A stretch of 62,000 nucleotides of DNA from Vicugna vicugna. Taxonomy: Eukaryota. The notes below the pieces were generated by a model. It was given only the letters and a program-made list of their open reading frames with translations. It was not told where the DNA came from and made no database searches. This document shows positions 12,370 through 25,337 of the stretch, piece by piece. The stretch spans positions 3,745,668 through 3,807,667 of the forward strand of contig MU057887.1 in assembly GCA_013265495.1 (NCBI GenBank), in the 5' to 3' direction. A program made the translations under genes and the position numbers. Within the stretch, counting starts at the first letter, position 1, and each line of letters opens with the position of its first letter.

Positions 12370-13660
12370 ACCAAATGTTAACACAAAGAGGAACCCAGCA
12401 TCCATACAATGTCACTGGTTAAAAAAAACCCAACACCTATCAGGTTGTGTACAATTAACCAGGAGTCCAGTTTTAAAAAAAACACACAGCACTGTGTTTT
12501 CTAGAGCCAGCAGGTTGATTCTAAAATTCACACAGAAGAACAAGCAGCCCAGAAAGGCCGAGCATCAGCAAGGGGTCTCGGCGGCCAGCTGGTGCCGCCC
12601 GCCGCGAGCCCCCGAGTCGGACGGGGCGGCACAGACCAGAGCGCGGCACCCGGCCAAGGCGGTGTCTCCGCGGAAAGACGGGCTTCTTAATCAACAGTGT
12701 TTGAACCACAGAAGAGCTGTTCCAGCAAGGACCAGCTGGCCCCACCCCTCCCGCCGCGCTCCAGGCTAAACTCCAGCGGAAATGCAGGTACCAGCCTTTC
12801 TCGTTATGACAAAATCCAGAGGCAGTAAAGGAAAGTGCTGCTAAATCCAACCACGTAACAACAGAACTTCCACGGGACAGAAATCACGAGAAGCAGGACG
12901 AAACGGCTGCCGCTGAGGTCGCGTCTGCGTCTCCTGTGTCAGATGGAGGACTGGCCTCCCTGTGTCACTCTCAAAGGCCGCTGGAAAGCGGGCAAAAGAC
13001 ATGGACAGTTTGCTGGAAAAGAAGTGCAGCACCATTGGGCATCGTGACAGGTCCCCACCGTCACTGGTGCTCAGAGAGATGCGCGTACAGCTGTCAGACA
13101 CGCTGCCTCGGACCCGCGTTACAAAGCCCAGTGTGACAACCTCCCTGCCGTCGGGGAGAGGGACATAGGAGCCCCCCGGGGGGAATCTGCTGACACCTAA
13201 CAAAACCAGAGGTGCATCTGCCCTCTGACCCAACGATCCCTCCCCAGCTCCTCGCCCTGACCACGTACCCACGGCTTGAAACCAAGTGCACACATCACGG
13301 CAGTCAGCTGGGAGCAGCCCCATCTCTGTCGCTGGTGACAGGCGGGGTGCACTGGGTCACGCGGGAGTACACACATGTAATTAAGGAGCCCAGAAGGACC
13401 CGATCCCTCTGGGGACTGAAGAAGCGCCAGGATAAATTAAGTTTAAAAGAGGAAAAAGGCAAAGTACAGAAATGTGATTAGACTGAGTGACCTGTTTTAG
13501 AAGGAAGGAAGGTTGCCTGTGGGAGGAGCAGGGAAGCCATGGTGGGACCACGACTCCTCTGAGTTTGCCTGTGGGCTGGTTTGACTTTTGAGCCATGTGA
13601 AAGTTTCGTATTTTCAAAAATACTATTAGAGGGAAAAAAGCGTCAGAGCCTAAGACTGAA
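12370..13660 (+). mobile_element. Ancient L1 (L1M-type) ORF2 3' part and 3' UTR, GC-enriched
   Basis: L1 landmarks in the expected order: ctaaaattcaca, gggcaaaagacatggacag, ccctctgacccaacgatcc, 3' UTR-like end. Confidence 0.65.
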
Positions 13661-15425
13661 TTCAGACAGAGACCATTCAAGTTGACTGCGCAGCAAACCA
13701 GCAGGGCCGCGCAATAAGAAGGTACTGTCCCTCTGGGCGGGAGGCAGAGCGGCCTCCCCTGCAGGTCCGCTGCTGGTAGGACACTGGTCTGGTGCTTTCG
13801 AATACTCGTGTGTTGTGAGAGAGAACTAAGCCATGACTATATTCAATGTCACCAGGAAACAAGATTTTTAGACTAAGAGAAAAATAATGCAAATATAAAA
13901 TAACAGAGGTTAAGAAAAAAAAAACGCTAGAATGTAAAATTTGATTATACGTTCAAGATCTTTAAATATACACATATTTCTCAGCTCCACTGAAGAGCTT
14001 GGAAGTAGTGATACCCCAGCAGGAAAGGGTACAGGAGCCCTCCGATCTTGATTTCTATGTACAGCTCCCCTCCAAGCATGAGGGCACATCGGGGCAGGGA
14101 CAGGACCAGCTGAGCCCGGGCCGTCTCAAGCATCCGACGGGAGAGGCTGACAGCATGGTGTCCAGGAGCACAGGCCAGGGTCACGTTGAGCATTGGGGAG
14201 TGATACAGCCAGCATTCTGTAGGCAGCGACAAGCTCTCGTCCTCCATAGGGCGTACGGGCAGGCACAGGTGAGAGCCCCGGCGTGACCTCGGGCCCAGCA
14301 GGGACCGGCCAGCAGTGCTGACCCACAGGTCAAAGGTGCTGGGGCTGATACTTGCAGCACTTCTTCCTGCCCGGGGTCGCCTGCCTCCCAGGAAGCACTG
14401 AGCCGCGGCGAACCGGGCTGGACAGCGACACCATGTGCTCCTGAGCTCACGCCCGCTGACACCACAGGAAACAGGCCCACAGACCATCTCCCAGACAACG
14501 GACCTGGACTGCAAACAGTCAGTGTCGGGGGGAGAGGGCGGGACTGTCCTGGTCCAAAGAGGCTGGAGTGCAAGGTGTGCCCCCGCTGCTCTGAGAACCT
14601 CAGCCCTGGGAGCGTCTTATTGGGACGGTTCAGGGAGACGCCGGGAGAGCACCCAGCGTTCTGGCTGTCTTAGGGGCACGTGGGACTGTGGGTGTGTGGG
14701 AGACGGCCCTTACGTTTGAAATGCCAGAGTATCTAAGGGTGAAGGGTCCCCTCAATGTCTGCTCCTCGCTTTCAGATGCTTCCAGAAAATGATGCCCGTG
14801 TGTGCGTCCCACCCCCCGTCAGTATAAACACGCACACAGACGCACGGACACGCAGGTCAACCACGGAGAACCTCGGTGTTTACCACACTGACCCTTCAGC
14901 TTTTCTGTATGTTTGAAATTTCTCGTGGCAAACCTTTGGGAGCCAAGAGGATCTATGCTGGAAGTGATGCAGGGCGTGTGTGTGAGGACTGCCCTGGCCC
15001 CCGCCAAGCCCACGGGAGGACAGCGGCCCCGGGGGGAGGCTCTCACCAGTGGGGTCTGTCATGAAACTGGACGGATGGCTGATCTAAAACTCGAATGCAC
15101 GCTGAGAGGACTGAGAAAATGCAAGACGCCGGCGGAGAGGGTGGCCGAGGGCACAGGGTGTTGGCGAGACTGGGCAGAGAGGCCCCAAGTGGAAGAAGAG
15201 AAGCCGACCAAGTGCTCAGGGCTGGAGCTGAGCTGAGCCTGCGGTCGGGGGACAGAACGGGCATCAGAGAACGGTGCACAGACGTCTCACTGTCCCCAGA
15301 GAGAAGGAAGTTAGCAGAACCTGCTCCACGCACACCAGGCCCGTGCAAAGCCAGCGTTGGACATGAGCCAGGGCTTAGCGGCGCTGCATCTCTACGGGCG
15401 GTTGAATGAGATAAAGGAGACGCAC

Positions 15426-15548
15426 CTTGAAGGCCGGCGGGTAGTCCTGAAAGACCTCCAGGATTCTCGTCACGCTGAAGGACAGGTACCCGGAGGCCGC
15501 AAACAGCAGTGGGGACGCCAGGCTGCAGATGGCGGTCAGCACCTCCAC
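15426..15548 (-). CDS. MLC1: MLC1 coding exon 9, [41 protein letters not shown]
   Basis: cag acceptor, AAG|gtgcgt donor, 123 nt, clear homology. Confidence 0.96.
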
Positions 15549-16110
15549 CTGGCGGGAGGCAAGAGCGAGGTGTCGCTGCCGCTGCGCAGGCGGAGGGCGC
15601 GGCGGGAGGACCACGTGGGAGAACTGCTGAGTTGACGTGGGTCCAGTTCGGCGTGGGGGAGGCTACTGAAGTCTCTGCACTTGGTTTGCCTGTTAATCCC
15701 AAGTGCCCCGTGTGTCTCACGTGTGCTTTCTCAACTTATGCACAACTCTCCACTTTGTTGAAAAACAGCACTTATGAACAGACAGCCTCCTTCCGGGGGC
15801 CTCAGACCTGATCTCCTAAGACGCTGCCCCCATTGGAGGGCGACTGGACCATGCCAGAGGCCACGCCGAGCCCCACCCTTTGCCCAGTCACAGGACTCAT
15901 GCTTTCTGCTTATTTCCACAGACAGTCCTGCCCTGTGACAGCCACGGCCCGCCTCGAGCCTCCCTACCCAACCACCCTGCGGACGCCTCTCAGCAGCTCA
16001 GCCCCCACCCCACCCCCAGCCGGGGCCTGCAGCCTGGCTCCCTAGTGGAGCCTTGTCATGTGGCGGCAGCCGTGGAGCCAGGCAGTTCCCCGAACCCCGG
16101 CTCCACCTAC

Positions 16111-16167
16111 CAGACACCTGCTGGGACACTCTGCTGTCACATGACTGGCAATGGCGCTTGGAAAACA
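16111..16167 (-). CDS. MLC1: MLC1 coding exon 8, CFPSAIASHVTAECPSRCL
   Basis: ttctcttag acceptor, CTG|gtaggt donor, 57 nt. Confidence 0.95.
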
Positions 16168-19023
16168 CTAAGAGAATAGGAAAGAGGAAGACTTCAGAGA
16201 TGACAGCCCAGGAAGTCGGATCCCAGACGTGTGCTCTTGCGTTCTGACTGGGGCCACCCTTGTCACCAGGAGAGGCCGGGCGGAGAGGGGCCAGGCCAGG
16301 CGGCTGCAGGGCTCCTGTGCTCCCTGCTCCCCAGCTCTGCAGAGAGGCTGCAGGACCATGCGGGGGATGCTGGGTGCCCTGGAACCCGCACACCTGCTCT
16401 CTGGGACCAGCCCCACATCTGCTGTGCGGGTCAACCCAGCATCGCACCGGGGAGACCACACGGACCCAACAGCCCCATCCGAGGCAGGGTCTGTGTTGGA
16501 ACTGGCCCCAGGACGTCCGGTCACAACCGAGTTTGCTACTGGCTCAGGAGCCAGTGGTCACGCTTCCTAGTTCCTTTTCCCATTTGCTGGTCTCCGTGCT
16601 GGGAAGACGTGGCATTTCTGGGGAGCGCCCAGCTGGCTGCAGGCAGGCTCGGGTGGGTGATTGGGCCAGGGGGCCCAGGAGACTGCAGACCCCCGTCCAC
16701 CACGCTCTGACCCCTGGGTTCGGTGGGTCTTTGTAGTCAGTAAACACCTTTTCCCACTTATTTTAAGGAGCGTGATTTTAGTCATACATGATTCCAGCAG
16801 AGGGAAGCTCAGGGGAGCATAGGTCTCCTCCGAGGTTGCTGAATGCTGGGCCCGCCTTCCTGCCACCACCTCGCCCCCTACCCTGGGATCCAGGTGCCCA
16901 GCCCAGCACAGCCTGCTGAGCCCAGGACCCCAAGTGTTACCCATCCACACACATCCCCCACAAAGGCAGAGGAGTGTCCACACCCTGGGCAGCAGTGGAC
17001 CCCTCCTCGTGGGACTGTCTCAGACCCCTGAACACACCAGGGGGCTCCTGCATTTGTTAGGGGCTTATAAGAAGATGAGTCAGACAGGTGGGCTCAGGGC
17101 AGTGAGAGCCTGGGCAGCAGGAGGAAGACCAAGGAGGATGCAGACCAAAGAAGGCGGCAAGAGCAGCCATGCAAAGGCCCTGGGGCGAGAGGGACAGTGG
17201 CGCCTGAGTGGGGCCAGGTGGGGGGTGTGGGCCTGGCGGGGGTGCTGGGGAGGCTGAGGTGTCAATGCAGGGGTCTCTCCTAGGCTGTTTTTCCAGCAGG
17301 CTTTCTGCCGAGCAGGAGTGAGAGCGGAGGAGGGGCCATGGATGGGACCAACCAGTTCAGAACCGCCTGCAGTGGCCCGAAAAGCCCAGGGGAGGGCAGC
17401 ATCTGCTTTTCTGTCCAGTCCAGCCTAACCCTGGCCTGGCAGAAAACCTGGCCACGGGTCAGGGCAGTGCGTACACCACCCAGCCCAGGACAGGCCCCAG
17501 GGACAGGGTGTCAGGGACCCTCAGCCCTGGACCCCTGCCTGGCGCCCCTGGTCTATGCTGGAGGCCTCTCCCACTGCCATCTGCCCAGATGGGGGCACGT
17601 GGAGCTGGCTCAACACCCCCTCCCCCGGAAACCCCACTCTGCGTCCTTTCCCCTCCCCCTGGGGGCTCCCTTGCCTGCTCCTAGCTCTTCCAGAGCTGTG
17701 GGGGAGGGAGTGGTGGGTGGATTTAGGGCCAGCCAGGAGGAGGGAACAGCGCTAGTTGGGTGTGGGGTGGGGACCAGGGGAGAGGAAGAGGCAGGAGGGC
17801 CTCAGGATGAGGACAGGTCTCAGGGAGAAAGTGCTGGAAACACTGAGGCTGCCAAGCACCTCTCCCTCTTGTCATGAACCTTCAGGAGGCCTTAGGCTCC
17901 ATCCATCCTCACCAGCCGCCCCACAGGCCATGACTCCGGGACTTCCTCATCACAGAGGCCGGACGTGCAGACAGACAAGCCTCCCCAGGAGCAGCAGGCC
18001 TGTCGCTTGTCTGCAAGTCCCGCCTGTGCCCTGGCAGCAGCGGCCTGGGTGTGGCTCTCTCTCCCCGGGCCCTGTCTTAGGGGAGCCCCTCAAGCCAGCA
18101 GGTCTTGGGTCCCAGGGAGGCCACACAGGCACCACTGGGACGCTAAGCCCTGGGACCCAGTGGCCATCCAGCCCCAGCATCCGTCCCTCGGTCTCCAGGA
18201 GGCAGAGGTGAAGGTCAGCGTGAAGGCCACACCCTTGCGGCAGCTTCAGGCAAGGAGCAGGTGGCTGAGGATGCTCAGGGCCTGGCACTTGCAGGATCAA
18301 CCCCAAACTCCAGGAGCCCAAAGCACAGGTGGGCGTCGGTTTGGGGGGCGTCTCGTGACACCGGGAAGTTCGGGAGTGAGGGGCACATGGCCACTGTCCC
18401 AAGCGTCTGTGGGGGCCCAGACCCCGCCGGGAGGCCCAGCCAAAAGGAGGCCGCAGTCTGGGGGCTGTGGCTCCACAGGCTGCGCTTCACTTAACAGGAA
18501 ACAACATCAAAGTATGTAAGTAAGCTTGGAATTACTTATGAAATGACAAAAAGGGCTGTGGTGAAAACAGTGACCACGCAGTAAGCACTTCCTGAGCACT
18601 AGGTGTGATCTTAGCATTGACTATGGTAGCATTTGATGAGGAAAAAATATGTTACACTTTGTAAAATGTAGTATGAAACAACAATATGAAGGTCATATGC
18701 TATACAATTATTGTTTCAAGTGCTTTTCAGGAAAAATAATACAAAAAATATAAAATAACAACAGCAGCTAACACATCGCCCACTGAATTCTGGGTTCCCA
18801 GGTCCCTCCAGCCTGGGCCCCAAGGACCCCAGGCCAGCAGCCAGGGCAGGGGGTGTCCTGCTCTGACTGCCTGCGACCACCCCTTCTCCTCCAGCTGCTT
18901 CCTGCCCGGCCTGACTCCCGCAAAGCTGGGCTCAAGGGCCGACAGGATGCATAGCCCAGGGCGGTGGGGTGACTGTGCAGCCCGGCCAGCCTCGAGGACA
19001 AGGGCTGCCCAGGAGGTACTCAC

Positions 19024-19140
19024 GGCCACTAGGATCCAAAAGAACGTCACAGAGAGGTGGGGGCCCGAGACGGCGTCGTCCAGGTTCAGAGCGATGACCC
19101 CTCCAAGGACGGCGGAGATGCCAGCGATCACCTCGATGAC
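19024..19140 (-). CDS. MLC1: MLC1 coding exon 7, [39 protein letters not shown]
   Basis: ctccag acceptor, GCC|gtgagt donor, 117 nt. Confidence 0.97.
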
Positions 19141-19821
19141 CTGGAGGCAGATCATCTGTGTCATGGGGTGGAGGGGCCGGCTCCACGGGGTCCCTGAGAG
19201 CGAGGAGGGGAGGGAGGGGAGGGAGGGGCGGGTCCCTGAGAGCTCAGGGCGGAGGTGCTGGCACCCATGCTGAGATGTTGAGGATAATCTCCCAAGGAAT
19301 ACTGAGAATGCATATTTCCAACCCAAACTTGTGGGAAAAGGAAGGAAGAAGCTCCTGCCAGTTCAAGGAAAGTGGGAAAAGGCACAGAAAATAGGCAACA
19401 AAAAGATGGAGGAATAAATGTGACAGTGTCAGGAATCGCACTCTGGGTGAACGGGCCCGGGCCCGGAGAGACCGTGAGCAGAGCCCAGCGCGTGCAAACC
19501 GCCCACTCGGGAGGCTGGGAGGCCCCGGGTGGGGCGGGAAGGCACACTAGGAAGTATTGGCCGGAAGGTAACTGGCATCCTAAAACAGTGTAGGTTTCGT
19601 GGCAAAAGCCTCTACTGAAGAGAGTTGCCCGGAATGATGGAAAAACAAGGAAAGAGGAAGGAAGGCCGACCTCATTTGTGACTAAACCCAGGCCCCAAAA
19701 CTGCGGGGAGAAAAGCTGCAGAGGGACCCAGAGAGACCGCAGTTCTGACGGCTCAGTAACAGGACGCGTAGACTGAGCTGTTTGAAAAAGGCACAAAAGA
19801 CTTAGAACACAACTAACAAGA

Positions 19822-19925
19822 GAGGGTGGCCATAGAACTTATCCTTCAAACCAGGACGCTTTGAGAGTAAAGGGGATGTCCCGTCCACCAGGACAGTGCG
19901 AGTCAGCACGGACGCGCCTGCACCA
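19822..19925. mobile_element. hAT-type MITE fragment (MER81/MER94-like)
   Basis: agggtggccata...tcaaaccaggacgctttgagagtaaagggg resembles the recalled consensus start. Confidence 0.45.
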
Positions 19926-19998
19926 TGTTTATGTACCATGTACCGTCCAGCACCCCCCCCCATGGAGTGAAACAAGGAGAAAGAAAAGCTCCTCTTAC

Positions 19999-20070
19999 TG
20001 AATAGGATTTCAGGACCCGAGCAGGAAATGTCACTTCATACAGAGGGTTGGCACTCTCAGAGACGGAACC
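19999..20070 (-). CDS. MLC1: MLC1 coding exon 6, GSVSESANPLYEVTFPARVLKSYS
   Basis: tttctttttag acceptor, TCA|gtaaga donor, 72 nt. Confidence 0.95.
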
Positions 20071-20436
20071 CTAAAAAGAAACAAGACCTCATCACAGGGG
20101 CGGCCATCTGTCCATCCAGCCCCTGGCACAGTGGGCCGTGCCCAGGCTGTCACTCAGGTGGAAGTCACTGCCGGTTCTTCAGGTTTGAGAGCAAAAGCTC
20201 AAGTGCAGACTTTCTCTTTGCATATGACTTGGGTTCCACTGCTGGAATCCTAGTCAACAAGGCGATGCTGTCAGCGGACTTGGTCTCTGCCTGTGACACT
20301 TGGGGATCAAACGAGGTGGTGCTGCATCCTGGTCCTCGCTCCCCCCACACCAGGCCTCTGACCTGCCTGCGGGGGGAGCATGACCCCTGGCTCTGCAGCC
20401 AGGTCAGTGGAGCAGCCGGCCACAGGCTGGACCCAC

Positions 20437-20535
20437 CTTTCGCTTGCCATGCGCCTCGCTAGACCGCGCGGAGATGATCACCGTGGCCGCCATGAACAGC
20501 TCCAGCAGCAGCAGCAGAATCAGGTTGAAATTGAT
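20437..20535 (-). CDS. MLC1: MLC1 coding exon 5, [33 protein letters not shown]
   Basis: ctttggcag acceptor, AAG|gtgggt donor, 99 nt. Confidence 0.95.
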
Positions 20536-20859
20536 CTGCCAAAGGAGGACACGTCCGTCTGTGAAACCAGCCTGTATCCCGCCAACGCCGACCACCCCGC
20601 AGACAGGCCGAGGTGCCTGCTACCAGTCTGGGCAGCTCTTCCTGTCCAAAGCCAGTCGCTAGGCAGGCACACCACCTCTGACTTTCTTGTGTCTCTGTGT
20701 TTGTTGGTGTTTGTTTTTAAAGTGACAAATTCATCGCAAACCAACACTGGAAGACGACGTTTTAACTTGGTGAAGGTCACACATCAAAACCGCAATGAAA
20801 CTGTAGGTACGACCCATTTAAAATCAGAATCAGACAGAGAGGCCCACGGTACTAAAAGT

Positions 20860-21530
20860 CCTGGACAGAGCTATTAAGAAAAAGGAGAAAGAGCGTAAGA
20901 CTGAACGGGACCATCTAAACTGTCATTAATTACAGACAATACGGTGACCTGCGCAGAAAAACCAGCATAACCCACAGGAAAGTTTCGGCAAAGTTTCAGG
21001 GCACAAAGTCCACTTACAAAAAGTCCATTTTAAAAAACTGGTACAGTTTGAACAAGGTCTGTACCCGAGTTAACACTTGCCAATGTCACGTTCCTGATTT
21101 GCCAAAGTAAGATGCTGTCATTGGGGGGAGCTGGATGAGGGGTACCCAGAAATGCTCTGGACTATTTGTGCTAATTCTTCTTAGTCTTTAAATATCACAA
21201 AATAAAGAAAAAATTAAAACTGATAGCCTCTCTCTGCACCAGCAAGAATCCATCTGAAAATATAACTTAAAAAAATAAAACACCATTTGCACCAGCAACA
21301 AAATCTGTGACTCCTCTAGGAATTACCTAACCAAGAATTCACAGAGCATTCGATGCCAACAGGGGACCGAGGAGACGGGGTGAGTAAGTGGGGAGGCCGT
21401 CTACGTGTTGGTGACAACATAACAATGATGTCCATCCTCACAAAATTATTCTATGAAACTCCGAGTGACCAGAACAGAATCCCTGCTGTATTTTTTGAGG
21501 CGCCCAGTAAACTTATTCTGAAACATGTCT
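20860..21530 (+). mobile_element. Old L1 fragments
   Basis: L1 ORF2-like words (aaactgtcattaattacagacaatac, ccatttgcaccagcaacaaaa, ctaggaattacctaacc). Confidence 0.6.
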
Positions 21531-23599
21531 GAAGTAGGAGAGGTCACCTTTGAAGCAGGAAGGCAGTTGGAGTTAGGAAGCTTCGGTAAGAAGCCTGGTG
21601 TCACATGGGCAGCGAGCAGCTCGTGGGGGAATCTGACACAGGGTGTGAAAGCCAGTCCTCAGCCCGAGGGCAGGAGTGGGCAGGGGTGCGAACGGCCCAC
21701 GAGAGGGGGAAGCCCAGGAGGGTGAGAGCCCATGAAGGCCTCAAGTTCAGCTCTGCAGGGCCTCCTGTGTCACCACGTGTGACGCTGTGCTTGGATGCCA
21801 GGGGTGCCGACCTGTGGTCCCAAGTCCTTCCGTGTGTCCGGGTGTCAGGGTTGCGAGGCCTCCCCGCAGCCTGGCTCCAGCCCCGGGGGAGGAGCCTGAG
21901 GGCCAGGTTAGCGGCAGGCGCTGGCGCGGTGGCCTCTGTCCGGGGTGCGGCAGGGAGGGCCGGTGAGGGACACCGTGGGCCCATGGGCCACGCTGCAGAA
22001 GGCTGGGCAGCGTCCTTCACCACTTCCTCGTCATACTGTGTGTCGGGGCGCTCTTCTGAGTAACGAGTGCTGTGGTCTTTGTTTGGGTTCGGGGCTTCCC
22101 CGGCGAGGAACACACCACCTGGTCGTACGCATGCGTGTTTCTCCAGGGTTTGTGCTGTGAGGTTTCCAGTGTGTGTGCTTCTTCGGAAGGGCCTGCAAAT
22201 TCCAGACTGTTTTCCAAAGAGCCAGCAGCAGGTACAGAGTGGCCAGAATGAGGGAAGCGCCCTGGGGCTTCTGCCCATCTGATACTGGAAACAGCATCTC
22301 CTTGTGGTTTTAATTTCCCTCCTGCTGGCGCTGTGGTCTCCTCCCCAGCGAGTGCTCTGCGTGGACTCCTGTTGCCCTCAACTTTCCCCCAGGTTCTGTG
22401 GCCAGAGCTCCTCACCTCCCCTGGGACTGGCCACCGTCCCAAGGGAACTGGTCCCCGTCCTTACACCGTGTGCCCCTCGTGTCTGGGCTCTGGCGTTCCG
22501 GGCTGGATCTGCGTGGCAGGCGGGTGGGCAGAGGCCCAGAACCAGGGTCCCGTTCAGCACACGTGAGACTCCTCAGGCTGACCTGGTCTGGGCACGGCTC
22601 TCCCGTCCCGGCTGAGTGGTGAGGCTGAGTCCCCACCTGCTCTCCGGTGCGGCTCCGTCCCCGGCCCTGGGTCTACCTAGACCTGCGGGGCCTGGCCTGC
22701 AGGCGCCCTGACCCTGGACACCCTGGACATGCACCACCACCTCCACTCAGGGTCTCTTTGGGAAAGAAGCCTCGCAGTTCTCAGTGAGGCTTTATGCTTT
22801 TCTACAAAACAGGCTCCAGACCTTTGGTGACACCTGTTCCCAGGAACTCCGTATTTATTTCTGTAAGATGATTTCTGTGTTTTAATAACATTTTCAAAAC
22901 TTTCTGTTTCCGGCACAAACAATTATTTCACATTGATGTTCACATACAGCCACCTTGCTACGTGTGCTGAATAATCCGAATGTCAAGGAAGCAGCACGTG
23001 GTCTCTCCTGCACATGATGGTGGCACAGGTGTTCCCTTCAGGCCTACCTGTCTGTCCCTAACGCCTGGCTGAGACATCCCAGGGCCACCCCACCCTTTCC
23101 CGATCTTAAAGAAAATGTGTTCACTATTGCACACAGAACAGAGGCACTTCTGATCAGTCCCATTTCTCTATGAGATTCTTCTCTGTTGCATCATAATTTA
23201 AATGACAAGACTTTCCCATTTTTCTTAGCAGAACATAAAGCAACAGCGCGACTTAAGACTTACAAAGGCAGCATCACAGATCTGATGAAGTAGGCTATTG
23301 TGTTACCATTAATGTTTAAGAATTGCGGTGAAAGGGATTCAGAATCTGAAAATCGTCCACTAGAATCAGTGAGAGTTAAAGATAATTCTTCTCTTTAGAA
23401 GCTTAAACAAAAGCCTCAAAACTGGTCAATCTCAAGAGCGACGATACACATTTCCTGTGTGCATCCCATCACTGACGTTTTCTACCCAACAGATCGAGCT
23501 CTCGGACACCAGCTCCGGCCCCACAGGGCTCGGCACCTGTGTCTGTCAGAGGAAACAGGAAGCATTGGGACCCACGTGGCTTCGAGACCAGAGACTCAC

Positions 23600-23701
23600 G
23601 TCTACTGCAGACGGGTTCAGGACCAGTTTGCATCCAAACCAGATCAAACAAGTAGTGGTAATAGCAAACGTGGAAACAAACAGTATCTGAAAGTTTGGAA
23701 T
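23600..23701 (-). CDS. MLC1: MLC1 coding exon 4, [34 protein letters not shown]
   Basis: gtttttcag acceptor, GAC|gtgagt donor, 102 nt. Confidence 0.97.
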
Positions 23702-23855
23702 CTGAAAAACAAGACAGGAGGGTTTTCCTGCTCAATCCCGTTCCTGGTCATTAATTGACAACCCCAGGGACGGGACGTGGCTCCCAGCCTCCCAGCCCCG
23801 CCCCTGTCAGGTCTCTGGCACTGCCTGGGCAATGGGGGCAGGAGGTTGGACTCAC

Positions 23856-23909
23856 CACATTGACATTTCTCCCTGAGACGGCAAAGCTCACAATGGCCGA
23901 GGGGACACA
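23856..23909 (-). CDS. MLC1: MLC1 coding exon 3, CVPSAIVSFAVSGRNVNV
   Basis: tctcttttcag acceptor, GTG|gtgagt donor, 54 nt. Confidence 0.95.
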
Positions 23910-24957
23910 CTGAAAAGAGAGCAGGTTGAGGTGGTGTGCCCACTGTCACTCTGTGCCCTGAAATCCCAATGGCCCGAGACCTGTCACCTGCCACCAGATG
24001 CAGGGGTTCTGCTCCACCCTGAAGGGTCTCGAGCCTTTCAAAATACATATTCTGCAAATAGTTTCATTTGTTCTGATGAGATGAAGAGATGTCCAGCGAT
24101 GAAGCCTGTCCCAGCCGGACATGCTTGGAGGTCGGATGTGGCTTCCTGCTGCCCGAGACCCAGTGCGTCTGAGTCAGAATTGCCCAGGAAGGTGAAACAC
24201 CCCCGGAGCCCCTCGCCTCCACCACCCCACCCTGGAGTGGAGGGTGAGGAAGAGGACGAGCCTGGGGGGCTGGGCACTGGGGAGTGGATGGGGGAGCTGG
24301 GCCACCGAGGGCTGCAGGGGAGCCTGGGGGACCACGTGAAACATCTCCCTAGCCCGTCACCCCTGAGGGTGAAGGATACACTGAAGATTTTTCTGGGACA
24401 TTGGCCTGACTCAGAGGTCACTGTGACCCCCCAACCAGGGCTGCCTCAGCGGTGAGGACAATGGGCCACCTAGAACGTTCCAGAGAGAACAGCAGGGAGT
24501 GAGTCAAATTCTTCCCAAGAGTTTCTGTCTAAGAGAGCAGAGGCTGGACAACAGGGGTGGGGCACAGGGTAAGGGAAGGTGTCTGTGTTGTATCTTCACA
24601 TATTTGGGGGTGCTGACAGCTGGAGCAGGAGTCGGGGGCGAGAGGGCCCCCCCACAGGACCCCAGGGCATATGCCCTGTGCTCAAGCTGGCCGGGGTCCA
24701 AGGTGGTCTCTCTATGAGGACCAGTGGCCCCCCAGGCCCCGGCACAAGCTTTGGGGAGGGGTGGGGGTGCAGCCACAAACCACACAGGGCGGGTTCCCTG
24801 CCAGCCCATGGACAGCTGGGAGCAGCACGCAGCTGCAAGTTGGAAATCCAAGTGCCCTTTCTTGCCCTGGAGTCTGTGGAGCAGGACTCAGACTTGCTTC
24901 ACTGATCATTTTCAAACATGAATGCTATTTGAAGCCAATGTATATGAAGAGATTTTT

Positions 24958-25227
24958 AGGGGAAAGGGGTGGGGAGGGATAAATTAGGAGTTTGGGATTA
25001 ACAGATACACACCACTGTCTATAAAATACATAAACAACAAGGACCTACTGTAGCACGCAGGGAACTATATTCAATATCTTGTAATAACATATAATGGAAA
25101 AAAATCTGAAAAGAAAAGAATTATATATGTATGTGTAAATATAACTGAATCGCTTTGCTGTACACCTGAAACTAATATTGTAAATCAACTACAATTCAGT
25201 AAAATATAAAATTAAAATAATGAAAGC
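24958..25227 (+). mobile_element. 5'-truncated L1 3' end with a 16-bp TSD
   Basis: Artiodactyl-type L1 3' UTR (gggataaattaggagtttgggattaacagatacac...tgtaaatcaactaca). TSD atatgaagagattttt at 24942-24957 and 25228-25243. Confidence 0.9.
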
Positions 25228-25337
25228 ATATGAAGAGATTTTTGAATGAGGAGTGAGTAACAGCAACAGGTAAATCTCAGTGCAAAAACCTCAGACTCAG
25301 AGCTGCAGACTTTGGTGCTAACAGGAGCATTACTCAC

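Noticed and set aside
12059..12769. 236-aa ORF on the + strand in an MLC1 intron
   Set aside because: GC-rich sequence joined to an eroded L1; non-ATG start and no splice or homology support.
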